DNA of 63,293 nt, counting the filler, from Pelomyxa schiedti (lineage: Eukaryota; Protista; Evosea), in the NCBI GenBank assembly GCA_020536535.1. It is 3 parts of 3 records of this genome, joined end to end, with 100 filler letters (N's around TTAATTAATTAA, not from the genome) between each part and the next. Parts side by side here need not be neighbours in the genome. Positions count along the whole stretch, not along the records: positions 1 to 30,374 come from JAHLWZ010000649.1; positions 30,475 to 59,124 come from JAHLWZ010001020.1; 1 more part is not named here. One strand, given 5' to 3'. Below are positions 26,269 through 38,200 of the stretch, in pieces (position 1 is the first letter of the stretch; the number at the start of each line of letters is the position of its first letter). The translations under genes and the position numbers were made by a program. The notes beneath the pieces are model-generated. The model made no database searches, was not told where the DNA came from, and saw only the letters and a program-made list of their open reading frames with translations.

Positions 26269-27724
26269 TCACAACAAAGATGGGTCTGGATCGATGAACA
26301 AAAGTTGGTTCTGGTGCTGTAACGACAAGGAGAGTGTGACCACCACAACACCAGAATCAGCGTCAGACACCGCAATGGTGTCACGACAAACAACAAACAA
26401 GAACCCCGACCCCCCAACAACCTGACGGGCGGGGGGTTCATGCTCAATTGTCCTCACTGGCCCAGCTGCCGTGTTCCCACATTCCCACAATTGCGTGAAC
26501 GCGCAATCCCCATCCTCCTGTGAGAGATCCCGTTCGTGAGGATGTACGCAGAACGTGCAGGTGTCAAGCTGTGACACGGCCGCCCTGTTGTTCTCCCCAA
26601 TCGGAACCACATCACCAGTGGCGCTGTCGATGTGGAGCACCCGATTATTCAGGGTATTCAGCACGATCACGCGGGTGTTGTCAGCCTTCTTCTTCAGAAG
26701 AAGTGCCATGCAACACTCGTCCCATTCGTCCGTTGCCTCAGGATTGGCCACTCTGAATTGCGTCAAGATCTCGAGGTTCTTGGTGGCGAATGTCCTCTCG
26801 ATGTCGATGATGATGAACATTACGGAAGAGGGGTCGGCCTTCATTTGAACGGCCAGAGCCAGTTCGTTGGGCCAGTGAACGCTCGAGAACAGGTACGAGA
26901 GGGCCCATGGGAAATGCGAGATAACAATGTGTGTGCTGGTTGAATAGGGGTCAGGCACGTGCAGGTCCATCAGGATCATTTTGCTGTCGCCGGACCACAC
27001 CATCCACTTCTCCTTGGCATGCAAAGAGTATGTATACATTTCACTTGGGGTAACATCAGGGATCTTAATTAGCTTCCCTGAGTGACGTAAGGTAATATTA
27101 CAATAATACATGGAAGTATTGTATTATTGTGGTTATACATGCATAAATTATTGCATATTAATATACATATACTCATGACATTCATGGATGCCTGTGCGCC
27201 CTGGAGCACGTACCTCCTCCTGTATGATCGATACGGCGGTAGCAATAACCCCCAGCCTGATGGTCCCACGTGACGTACGTGTCGGCATCAACAACCGCCC
27301 CAGATGCGAACTGGACCGAGGATTGCCACAGGCGTCCAGCCACCGTGGGCACCTCCGTGACTCCCAGCGTGGTGGGCGAAACCCCCAGCGTAACGTACAT
27401 CGCCCAGCAGTCCGCGCCCTCCCACATCCTCCCCTCTTTGTCCCCCATTTCTTCGACCTCGAGCATGAGCCCGAACCGTCTTGGTGGATGGGAGGGCAGG
27501 GCGAGGCAGTGGTCGGCGGCGATTGTGCGGGCCAGCCACGGCCCCCCACCACAACCACAGCCACTGTGGTTGTTGTTGTTGCTGGTGTGCCACAGGAGGC
27601 GCGCGGGCGACGACGCACCGCACCGGGGGTGCCACGACGTCGCGAACGCCACAAGTTGCTCGCGGGCGTATAATGCGACGTGGGAGCGCTGGAGTGTGAA
27701 GGGGCCCCGGCAGTTTGTAGTCAT
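26269..27724 (-). CDS. HPRCG-motif family protein, subfamily A copy 3 (intron 27078-27213)
   Basis: LVAFATSWHPRCGASSPAR; same phase-1 intron after GG; C-terminus like copies 1 and 2. Confidence 0.8.
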
Positions 27725-27777
27725 CTTGGAACGTTCTGATTGGCTGATCAGATTCAGTCAAATCGCAGAAAAACAAA

Positions 27778-29007
27778 ATGAGGGCCTACTACGACAACAA
27801 CGCCCCGCTGGTGTCGTTGACGCGCAGTGTTGCGACTCTGGATGCGCGGCAGCAGCTCCTCGCGTTCGCAAGCGCGAGCCACCCGCGGTGCGGAGCCACC
27901 AGCGCGGCGCGGTCGCTGTGGCTCCACGGCCAGTCGGCCGCGGCGGCGGTCCGCGACGCCTGTTGCGTGAGGGGGGGGGGGGCGAGCGCGCGCTGCGACT
28001 GTGGTTGCGGCGGCTGGGCACAGAGGTTCTGTCTCGTCGAGAAGACGAAGAGCGCCGTTCTCGTCACGTTTGGGATCTCCCCTGTTTTGCTTGGTGTCAC
28101 CCACGAGCCTGCTGTGGTGAAGTGGGGGAACACGCTTACGCACCGGTTGGTTGGCTGCGACCGCGCTTTGACGTGCTGCGAGGAAGCGGGCAGGGCGTTG
28201 GTGCTGTGCGACAGGGGTGCCCACGGCTGGGACTATGGGACGGCCAAGGTTGTCATGACCAGGGCAGAGTGGGAGAGCCCAGGGGAGCGCTGGCGCATCA
28301 CCAACAACGAGAGGTGGATGATGGCGTGGATCGAGGGCAAGATTGTGGTGTTTGACCTGTGGTGCGATGAGCCAAGGAAATCGAGGGTGACCGTGAGTTA
28401 CACTTGCTCGAAAAGAGAGCCGCACTTCATTTGGTCAAAGTACATCCTCGACGAGGTTGTGCTCATTGTTCCGGATGCAGAGGCCGAGGGCTCAAAAAAG
28501 TTTGTGGCTGTTGATGTTTTGAGGACATCCGCGGAGAAACGCCTGTGTGTCATGAGTGTGACCTCGGTTCCAATTGGTAATGTGTGGAGTGATATGTATG
28601 GTGAGAGCTTGCACATGAAGGGAGAAGAAGGTGTGGAGTGTGTTGTGGTTGACAATGCCTTTTACCATGCTGACCCTGGCATTGTTCACGTCGCTCTGCC
28701 AGGTGGAAAACTGATGTACCTCACAAGGGGCACCTGTGGCCTGTCACAGTTGAACAGGCATCAGTTCTGCATTCAGTCATACCCACAAGGGCAACCACCA
28801 TTGTTTGAGGTGTGGGACTGCCGCAACGTGACATCGCCGCTGAGTTCCATTGAGACCCCCGAAGTCACTGTTATGCTTGGGGGGTCAGGGTTCCTGTTTT
28901 CCACAACGAATCACACACTGACTGTGACAGAGGCATCCTCTGGGTTCCTCGTTCTCACTCTCTCCCTCAGTGTTTCACAAATGATTTCCAGCTCATCCTA
29001 CTTGTGA
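27778..29007 (+). CDS. HPRCG-motif family protein, subfamily B copy 4
   Basis: 409-aa intronless ORF with the same motifs. Confidence 0.85.
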   Translation: MRAYYDNNAPLVSLTRSVATLDARQQLLAFASASHPRCGATSAARSLWLHGQSAAAAVRDACCVRGGGASARCDCGCGGWAQRFCLVEKTKSAVLVTFGISPVLLGVTHEPAVVKWGNTLTHRLVGCDRALTCCEEAGRALVLCDRGAHGWDYGTAKVVMTRAEWESPGERWRITNNERWMMAWIEGKIVVFDLWCDEPRKSRVTVSYTCSKREPHFIWSKYILDEVVLIVPDAEAEGSKKFVAVDVLRTSAEKRLCVMSVTSVPIGNVWSDMYGESLHMKGEEGVECVVVDNAFYHADPGIVHVALPGGKLMYLTRGTCGLSQLNRHQFCIQSYPQGQPPLFEVWDCRNVTSPLSSIETPEVTVMLGGSGFLFSTTNHTLTVTEASSGFLVLTLSLSVSQMISSSSYL

Positions 29008-29069
29008 AAGTGATTCCCAGAGTAGAAGTTTCGCATTTGTTCAAAAAAAATGGTGGGAGTGGACGAGCG

Positions 29070-29310
29070 TTAGTCTGCGTCGCGCCGGAGCTCCACAGAG
29101 GTTCTGTCTCGTAGTGATGAAGAGCGGCCTCGTCACGTTTGGGATCTCCCCTGTTTTGCTTGGTGTCACCCACGAGCCTGCCGTGAGGGAGTCGTTTTTC
29201 GAGTTGCTCGTTGGTTGCGACCGCGCCTGAAGATCAACAGGGGCGGGGACCTAGCGCTGTTATTTGAGGTTCCCACTGTCAAAAAATGCATCGTCACAGA
29301 GGCATCCTCT
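29070..29310 (+). pseudogene. Internally deleted relic of subfamily B
   Basis: QRFCLVVMKSGLVTFGISPVLLGVTHEPAV...LVGCDR segment, followed by C-terminal scraps (tttgaggt; gtcacagaggcatcctctg). Confidence 0.65.
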
Positions 29311-29650
29311 GTGTTGGTGATTTAAGGCAATGCCACCACAAGCAGGCTTTTGCCTGCTAGTCAGGCTTTTCAACATAAAAAGAATCAGTTTTTTTCCTTT
29401 TTTGGGGGGCTTTTCCTTTGCTTTGGGGGGCAGGACTGGGACTGGTACTTGGGTGACCCCCTATTGGGCAGTGGTTGTTTTCCTTTTCCACCATGCTTTT
29501 CTTGTGGAGCTTTAGATTGCTTATGGGCCGCCACTTGGGTGGGAGAGTCTGATTCACTGTCACTTGCTTCTTGCCCACAAGACGAGTCAGAAGCATGCTT
29601 AGGGGCACTGGGGGAGCTATCTTGGTCTGACTCTGAAGAGGACTGATGAT

Positions 29651-29750
29651 NNNNNNNNNNNNNNNNNNNNNNNNNNNNNNNNNNNNNNNNNNNNNNNNNN
29701 NNNNNNNNNNNNNNNNNNNNNNNNNNNNNNNNNNNNNNNNNNNNNNNNNN
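29651..29750. other. Assembly gap (100 N)
   Basis: N run. Confidence 0.99.
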
Positions 29751-30063
29751 AGGTGGAAAACCGCAGTACCTCAGAATGGAGCCCCCTTCACTGTCACAGT
29801 TGAACAGGCACCAGTTTTGCATTCAGTCATTCCCACGAGGGCGACCACCATTGTTTGAGGTGTGGGACTGCAACAACGTGACAGCACCACTGAGTTCCAT
29901 TGAGACCCCCGAAGACTTTTCTGTTTTTGGGGGGTCAGGGTTCCTGTTTTCCACAACGAAGGGCACACTGACTGTGACTGACGCATCCTCTGGGTTCCTC
30001 GTTCTCACCCTCTCCTTCAGTGTACAACACGTCATGATAAACCAGGCCCGTTCTTACTTGTGA
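29751..30063 (+). CDS. 3' fragment of a subfamily B gene, almost identical to copy 2
   Basis: Matches ~24116-24428 with a few substitutions (DCNN vs DCRN, VTDA vs VTEA). Confidence 0.65.
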
Positions 30064-30374
30064 GCGCACTCGCAAGTAAGGCGACACCTAGGAGCGATCC
30101 TGGTGCCTTTATAAGGCGGGGACAACGCCGTTGTAGGCACACGCTAAAGTAATAAACATGCCCAAGTCGGCAGCTCTTATGCATATTTTCTTTTAGAAGT
30201 CTTTTAAAGTTAAAACACTTCCACTTTAAGAAATGCACAAGAGAACTCTCAGTAGAGTAGCACTGGTGGTCACAAATAAGAGTGGTCCTTGTGTATTGTG
30301 ATGTGTGAACTGAGGGAGAGGGTGAGAATAAGTAACCCAGAGGATGCCTCTGTCACAGTCAGTGTGTCTTGTGC

Positions 30375-30474
30375 NNNNNNNNNNNNNNNNNNNNNNNNNN
30401 NNNNNNNNNNNNNNNNNNTTAATTAATTAANNNNNNNNNNNNNNNNNNNNNNNNNNNNNNNNNNNNNNNNNNNN
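30375..30474. other. Gap with artificial TTAATTAATTAA stop-codon spacer
   Basis: 44 N + TTAATTAATTAA + 44 N. Confidence 0.95.
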
Positions 30475-30606
30475 CCAATCTACTGTACACAAATAAAGGG
30501 CAGCTTAAACTTGCAGGTCTGTTTCCTGTCTTTGCCATATCTTGCTCACTGCAAAAGATTTTGGACTTGCAAGAAGTTATGGTTCTCCTCTTCGGTGCTA
30601 TGGTTT

Positions 30607-32655
30607 TCAGACTTCTTCAATCAGAGTGGGCTCTTCTTCCATTTCAGAGGCAACCATCCTTCTCCTGAGGTCCTCCTTTGGCGCTCGTGCTCCGCGTAGT
30701 TCGTTCTCCTCAAACTCTATCACTGCGGCTTGGTTTATCCCCAGGCTTCCTCCAAACACTCCGCCGGCACTGCTGCGTTGGGGTGGTACTCGGCCGCCAA
30801 CTTCTTTCCCTGTGTTGGGCATAACAGGTGCGTTCATTGCTGCGGAAGCGTTTCTCTGCATTTCTGTCCTGCTTTTGAAGGTTGGCATCATATCTGGTGA
30901 TTTAGGGAGGGGCTTCTCGGAAAGATAGCGATGTCTCAAGGCCTCTCGTGCGGTTATTCGTTTTAAGGGATCGTAGCTGCAATTGTTCTATCAATGGAAA
31001 GGCATTGGAGCTTGGATGAGTACGTGAGAAGACAGTCAAGTAGATCAATGCAGGAGTCACTCATGTTGCGAAATTTCGTTTTGAGATTACTGTAGGGATA
31101 AGAAAGGCCGCCTAGCATTGTTTTGGCATGTGGGAGTGACGTGACACCTTTGCACATAAGTAAAGTAAAGTTTGTTTGGGAGGCTGACCAGGCCAAATCT
31201 TCTCAGTTGGTGTCCCGAGTAATTTACAGATCCTTTGCATCTCTTCTACTTCAGTTCTACCTGGAAGGATGGGTGTATGCAATAGCAGTTCCCCAAAGAT
31301 GCACCTGTGAACACTTAGACAAGGGAAAAAAGCAGGGTGGGAGTACCCTGCACTCCAAAGATCAATTGGTGTTCCATATGTTTGCTGTTCAATCCACAAA
31401 GAACAGATTTTTATTGAAGATAAACAATAAATAACAAAAAAAGAAAAGTTAAACAAACCTGACCCAACAGCAATTCAGGACAACGATACCAAAGGGTCTG
31501 AAAGTAATTAATAACATTTCTTTGAGTGTTTATGCACTAACCACCACTTTTGGAGTGATAGCCCGAAGAGGAGAACCATAACTTCTTGCAAGTCCAAAAT
31601 CTTTTGCAGTGAGCAAGATATGGCAAAGACAGGAAACAGACCTGCAAGTTTAAGCTGCCCTTTATTTGTGTACAGTAGATTGGAACTTTTTACATCTCTA
31701 TGTATAACCCAGTGGTCATGTAGGTATGCCAAACCCTGATACTACCTTAGACCTTACAGGAAGGGAAGAAAACCATACAGTGAGCAACTGAATCATCAAG
31801 CATTTTATCTCAGACTCCGAAAATGGGTGAGTCACACTATCGAGTAGGAGGGCCAGGTCGTGATCCGCATAGTCAAATACAAGGAACAGAGACTCTTGTA
31901 ACTCGCCGACCACAACCTCCCTCAGATTGACAATATTTTGATGGGAAAGTTCTTGGGGGGATGGGAGGAAAGAAAATTCCTGATTACTGTAGAACACATT
32001 CAAAAAAATAACATAATTGTAAAAATACAAAGAAATGATGGCAATAAAATCACCTAGTCATACATCCATGACAAGACAGTGATACACCACTACGAAAATG
32101 TTACCTTTGAGGATTTTTATTTCTCTCAATGCGGTCATTGGAAAGCCTTCTTTCTCTCTCTCCATTCTGAGTTTTTTGAGAGCCACAATTTCATCAGTCA
32201 TCATGTCTCTAGCTTTGTAAACAACGCCATAGGTTCCTGACTTCCTAGTAAAAACGTATACAGTGTTGCAGAGGGTGGAGCACACCTTCGCCAATACAAT
32301 TTAGTTTCTGAAAGCAATCTACTGTTCTGCACGCACCAAGAATTCCAGAGTAGTAGTGGGAGCTGTCCCCATCCCTAAGTTGCACAGTTTTGCCAGTGCA
32401 CCAACTTTTGATGGTCACAGGTCCAGAGACTTGAGAGTGTGTTGGTGATTGCGAGGACAAACGTGATGGAACCGAGCGAGCTGTGGTAGGAAAAATGGGC
32501 GACGTGTGTTGCAACGTTCGCGACAAGGAATGCTGCGAAAAAGATGTAGTAGTCGAGGTGGTGGCAGTCGTTGTAGCCGAAGAACTGGCCACAGTCTTAG
32601 ATGAAGCAGAGCCAGGGTTGGGTATTCTAGGCTGCGGCGTACCGCGTGTCAGCAT
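30607..32655 (-). CDS. Cyclin-dependent kinase, CDK10/CDK11 family (multi-exon)
   Basis: [45 protein letters not shown]; [10 protein letters not shown]; DFGLAR. Confidence 0.9.
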
Positions 32656-32914
32656 GTCTTGTAGATCTAGGTTAATTACGAGGAAATGCACTGCTTCCTC
32701 CTGGCAGGCACATTAATGTGCCAATGGAATGACACGGGCATTCTTCCAAAAAAACCCCTGAGGACCAGGAACTTGGAGAGTAATGGTCCTGAGGAAAGGG
32801 TGAGATCAGTAATTTGATCTGGTGCCAATTCTCTCGTTTTCTAAAACCAATTGCAAGCAATCAACACGTCAAAGCCGACACCCGAGCGACACCCACAGCA
32901 CTAGAGACAAACAA

Positions 32915-34967
32915 ATGGTAGATCTGCTTAAAGAGGGTTCAAAGCATTTCTCGGGGCTCGAGGAGGCCATTTTGCGTAACTGCGATGCCGTAAAGAAGCT
33001 GTCCCAGATCGTGAGAACGTCTCTAGGTCCCAATGGTAAACCCCACTTTTCCCCCCCTTTTTTTTTGCTGGAGGCAAGATCCAAACGTGTGGGCAGGGCT
33101 TAACAAAATGGTCATCAATCACTTGGAGAAGTTATTTGTGACCAGCGATGCAGCCACCATTATCAAAGAGCTGGAAGTTGTTCACCCTGCTGCCAAGATG
33201 GTAGTAATCGCTGCCCAGCAACAAGAAACGGAGGTTTCCCCTGCTTTACCTTCCGTTTGTGTTTGGTTTACATTTGACTTTTTGTTTTCTAAGGTGGGAG
33301 ACTGCACTAATCTTGTTGTATCGTTTGCTGGTGAGCTTATGACCCAGGCTGAGAATCTCCTACGAATGGGGCTTCATCCTAGCCAAATTGTGGAAGGATA
33401 TTCCCGTGCAGGAAGAAAGGCACTCGAACTCATGGAAGAACTCACCGCACATAAAGTCGTAAATCTGGCTGATCCTGTGGAGGTGACCTTACCCTCCTTT
33501 TTTGCATATCCGAGTTCATGCTTACGGACAGGTTGCTCGATGTTTAAGAGCTACCATCCAGGCCAAACAATATGGGTACCACGATGTCATTTGCCCACTA
33601 ATTGCACGGGCATGTGTTAACATCCTCCCACGGGATCCCACACAATTCAACGTAGACAATGTCCGTGTTGCAAAAATTCTTGGTGGTGGTGTTTCAGATT
33701 CTATGATTGTAAGAGGATTTGTTATCACTCGCGAAGTTGAAGGTTTTCCGTCTTGTTATGTGATAAGGGTAACAGCCTTACAGGAACAATCAAGCACGTT
33801 AACGCAGCCAAGATAGCTGTTTTCTCTGGAGGATTTGATATTCCCAAACCTGAAACGAAAGGCACTGTACTCATTGAGAACGCTGAGCAACTTTTGAACT
33901 ACAGTCGATCAGAGGAAGAAATTCTTGAGCAGGTTGACAAACTGCTGTCCCTATTCCTCTTTTCACTCTTGAAAGGCTGTGAAAGATTTAGTGGCTGCCG
34001 GAGTTAATGTTGTTGTCTCCGGTTCGAGTGTTGGAGAACTGTCACTTCATTACCTGGAGAGATATAGAATAATGTTGGTAAAAGTACTGTCTAGGTTTGA
34101 CCTTCGCAGACTTTGCCTTGCAGTTCACGCAACCCCACTTATTTCTTTGGTATTTCTCCAGATTAAACAACTAAAATAACGTAACAAAAAAGCCACTAAC
34201 GCAGTGAAACGAAGGGAGTTCCAACACCAGATAAACTCGGAACATGCGATGTTGTCACACAAGAAGAGATTGGCAGCACAATGTGCACTATATTTAGACA
34301 GGAAGCAGACACATCCAAATTAGCCACTCTTATTGTTCGTGCTTCAACCCAGAATGTTCTCGATGACATAGAGCGCGCTGTTGGTTGTTCTTTTTTTTTT
34401 TTTCTCAAAATTGCTTGTGATTTATGAGCTTCTCCTCAAACAGATGATGGTGTAAGTGTATTCAAGCAGATGACGAAGGATGGCAGATTTGTGGCTGGTG
34501 CAGGAGCATGTGAGACTGAGCTTGCCATAAGAATCAGCTCTTGGGGTGAAACCCAGCCAGGACTTGATCAGTATGCCATCAAGAAATTTGCCGAGGTACC
34601 AGCTCCTTTTTTCTTCCTTTAAATGTGCATTAATTGACAAGGGCAGGCATTTGAGGTTGTCCCTCGAACCCTCTCTGAAAACTCTGGGCTGAACCAAACC
34701 GAGACAGTATCCAAGCTTTACGCCGCACACCAATCCGGCAAACCGCACGCAGGAGTGGACATCGAAGGGAACAACGGCGGCATCCTCCCCAACTCCGTGG
34801 AGGAAGGAGTCCTAGACCACCTAGGCAGCAAGCGACAAGCCATAGAGCTAGCCACCAACGCTGCCGTCACCATCCTACGGGTGGACCAAATCATCATGCA
34901 AAAGCAAGCCGGTGGGCCCAAGCCACCCAAACAAGGCGGTGCCATGGACGCCGGTGACGACTATTGA
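32915..34967 (+). CDS. CCT8: T-complex protein 1 subunit theta
   Basis: KHFSGLEEAILRN, RTSLGPNG.NKMVINHLEKLFVTSDAATI, FNVDNVRVAKILGG, ETKGTVLI, LRVDQIIM.KQAGGPK. Confidence 0.95.
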
Positions 34968-35230
34968 CCCCCCATCACGTGATCCTCTCATCAATGTCAG
35001 CCCCAGCAGCATTCACCATCGCACTCAGAATAAAAAAAAAGAACTTCAGTAGAATTCCATCTATTTTTTGCTGTAGTTCCACAACAACAGGAAACGCACT
35101 CCACCAAATCTCCAGCGGCTAGTAGGCGCACAAAGGCGTAAAAGCATCATGAGTGGTTGTGCCATAATGATGCGGGCTTCATTCCGTATTCTGCAAAAAA
35201 AATCATCACTCTGGATTTTTCCTGCAACGG

Positions 35231-38200
35231 ATGATACGGAAGAAACCCCAACGTAAACAACAGGTGAAGCAGCAACAGCAGAATAAAGATGGTGATGATA
35301 CAGGAACACCAATAGTAGAGAGCCACCCGTCTTCCAACACCACAACAACAATTGCAGCAGCAACAGCCAAAACGATGACAGTGGCAAGTAAACCCATAAT
35401 TGGCGAGGCGGGGGAGGCGTTGGGGTCTGTTGGGATCCGGGAGCCGGGGTTTGTTGAGGGAAGGAAGGGAATGCTGAAGGGAGTTATGGGACCAGGGGAC
35501 GTCGTGAATTTGGGGGCATCGGGAAGACCTCAGGGGTCCAAAGTGATTGGTTGCAATTCATCAATGTGAGTGAGCTCAAGTTTTCTTGTGAGAATCATTT
35601 TGTTGAGTATTTGGCATTTAACAGTGACAATGTGTTTCGTGGTATTTGATTTGGATAGTAGTACTTTTGTAAATGTTTGTTGTTATATTGTCATTCAAAG
35701 AAAACCTGAAGTGAGGGGGACACTGGGGTGAAATACATTGAACCTGCTGATGACTTTGTTCTCTTGTATGGACTTTCTCCTGGGTCTCTGAAATTGAGTT
35801 GGTGTAGCACCTGGTCAAATTTCCTTGGTTTTGAGGAACAACAAGTACTACTGGCAGTTTCTTTATGTGGCACTTATCTATTTTAAGGGAGTCCTTCGCT
35901 TTGTCTACAATACCAAATTCCTCTCCAAAAACTCTGATATCATTCCTGTTGTGCATGGGAGTCCATCACAAGAGTTGAATGTCTCATTTGAAAGTGCAGC
36001 ATTTCCAGGGACTTTTGTTTCCAATGTGACTTTGAGCAATGGCACCAATGAAGTAACCCGCGATTTGACCAGTGCTGCCAGCTTTAGTATGAACTGGAAT
36101 CAATTTACAATATCTTCTAAATCACTCCTCGGTTCACTTCTCAAGGACTGTCCCTGAGCCCCTCCCACTTCAAAGATGTTCAAGAAACCAAGTCTTTGTA
36201 TGAAGACCTAGTGAAAAGGCTTTCACAGGGTCGTGCAACTTCTGACCTACCAGAAAGTAAACTTCTTCATATCCTTGGATACCTACCTCTATCACGTTTA
36301 TTCCGTCCTGTGCATGATTTTTTGGGAGAGAACATTCCCTTCTATCTTCATGTCGACCAGAGAGAGTAGTTCCTCTCCTCTTCTGAACTCACTGAGCAAT
36401 TACGTAGACAGGAGCAGCTATTTACACAAGCACTCGATTACTTAGATATTCACGAAGGATTATCGTTTCTTCATATCGGGCTTTCACAGTGCAGAATACC
36501 TGTCATAATATCAGCTCTTTTTGGAGTATTTATTTTCTAAACTTTTACAACTGGCCAACACTCAAAAGGGCCAGCTTGATTATACTATATGGAACATTGA
36601 CAGTGCATTGGAAGACCTCACACGGTTCAGGCCAAATAAAAACTACCAAAATAATTTTTCATAGATACTTCATTGCACAAATATCTCCTGACTATGGCAT
36701 TCATAATGTGAAGCTTTATTTACAAAACTGCTTTCTGTTTGAGGCAACTCCTGTCAATCAGTTTGATCGTGTATTAATCTGTGGGCGAGCTCCACAGGCA
36801 AGGTTTCGTCAATTATGCAATCTCATAAAACCTGGTGGCCTCCTAGTGGTACATTTTTGGTTTCTAGTCATATGAAAACTGACACGAAAAAATAGGGGTG
36901 TTTTGACACGGCGGCCCAATCAAAGGTAGTATTAGTCAAGAAGGACTTCGATGGAGTCATCAGGCGGCTTGCTCTTCCTTTCGCACAAGATATAGATCCC
37001 ACTACTGCAGTTGTGCCCCTTTTAACTCCTCCAATGGTCTCTGAAGTGCAAGCAAGGGTAACTCCCCATATTTCTCATGAGTTTATAACACTGGCCAGTT
37101 TGCAAGAGTGAACGGAGATTTTTCAGATGAAGAAGGTGCATGTCTGATAAGTTCCGTTAATTTACTCCTTCACAGAGTTGAGACAATGGCTTCTATATAT
37201 TAGTGAGGCTTATGGGGTCGAGCTTCCAGATTACTCTACAAAAATTTTGAGTTCAGGATTTTCTATTTCCATCCTTAAAGAAGGTACCCTTCAAACACGT
37301 ATCTACAGCTTATGTACCACATAATTGTAGTTGGGCTCACAAACAAAGACGTAGCTAGCCTTGGTATTTTACAGTCACATTGCTCTGCCCTTAAATTTGC
37401 TATGGACAAATACCTTGAGTTCCAGAAAGCACTAAACGATGAAACAAAAAGTAAAGTGCAATCTCCGTTTTTCTCTGTTGATTTCATCTCTTAGTTACTT
37501 CCCAAGAACTTGTTGTGAAGCCGACACAAGTAAAGATTATTTTTACTCGGGTCGGGGTAGTTGAATCAGAATTTGATGCCGATGTGGACCTCGTTTTAAC
37601 TTGGAAAGATGAAACTGCCTGGAGAGAGTTTGCAGTTATACATAAAAAGGTTGAAGGAATGAATCTAAATACACTTAGGCAGAAAAGAATCTTAATACCG
37701 ATAACGATCAGCAGTCAAAACTTGTGCATATTCCCCTGGCACAGTTGCAACAACTACCAATACTGGCCTTTCCCAATTCCAAAGGCGATGTTACACTGAC
37801 AGGAGAATCTGCTTACATTATATGTCAAACTGGCATGATAGAGTACCACGTCTCATTCACTGGTACATTTTCTGAAATTATGGAGCTTCAACGGTGTCTG
37901 GTTTCCTTTTTTCCACTTCAGCTCATCTATTAAAAAGATTCCCATTTGATAGACAGGTTACCATTCAACGTCTCTACCTTTTATCTTAACCCTCAAATAG
38001 CTACTGCACTTGAACATACAACATGATAGTCGGAAGCAACCGGGTTTAACTGTCATCTGGGATCTAAAGGATTTGTTTCAAGAAAGTGTGAGAACACGGC
38101 CCGAAAAGTAAAGATAATACAGAAACTGCTGGAATAAGTGTCCTTATAGGGAAAAAAACAAGATATTGGAACTGGTTTCTGCCGATAGGGAATGGGCCAG

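Noticed and set aside
27270-28355. 361-aa ORF and other long antisense ORFs over family genes
   Set aside because: Shadow frames of GC-rich coding sequence
29330-29650. Short ORFs next to the gap
   Set aside because: Low-complexity fragment truncated by Ns; cannot be assigned
30419-30430. TTAATTAATTAA palindrome (also at 59169-59180)
   Set aside because: Centred in N runs and gives stops in all six frames, so it is an artificial spacer; adjacency across these gaps is unproven
30475-30595. Exact inverted copy of 31563-31683 from the CDK gene
   Set aside because: Sits at a contig end and is identical including the intron; typical fold-back or amplification chimera rather than an antisense element
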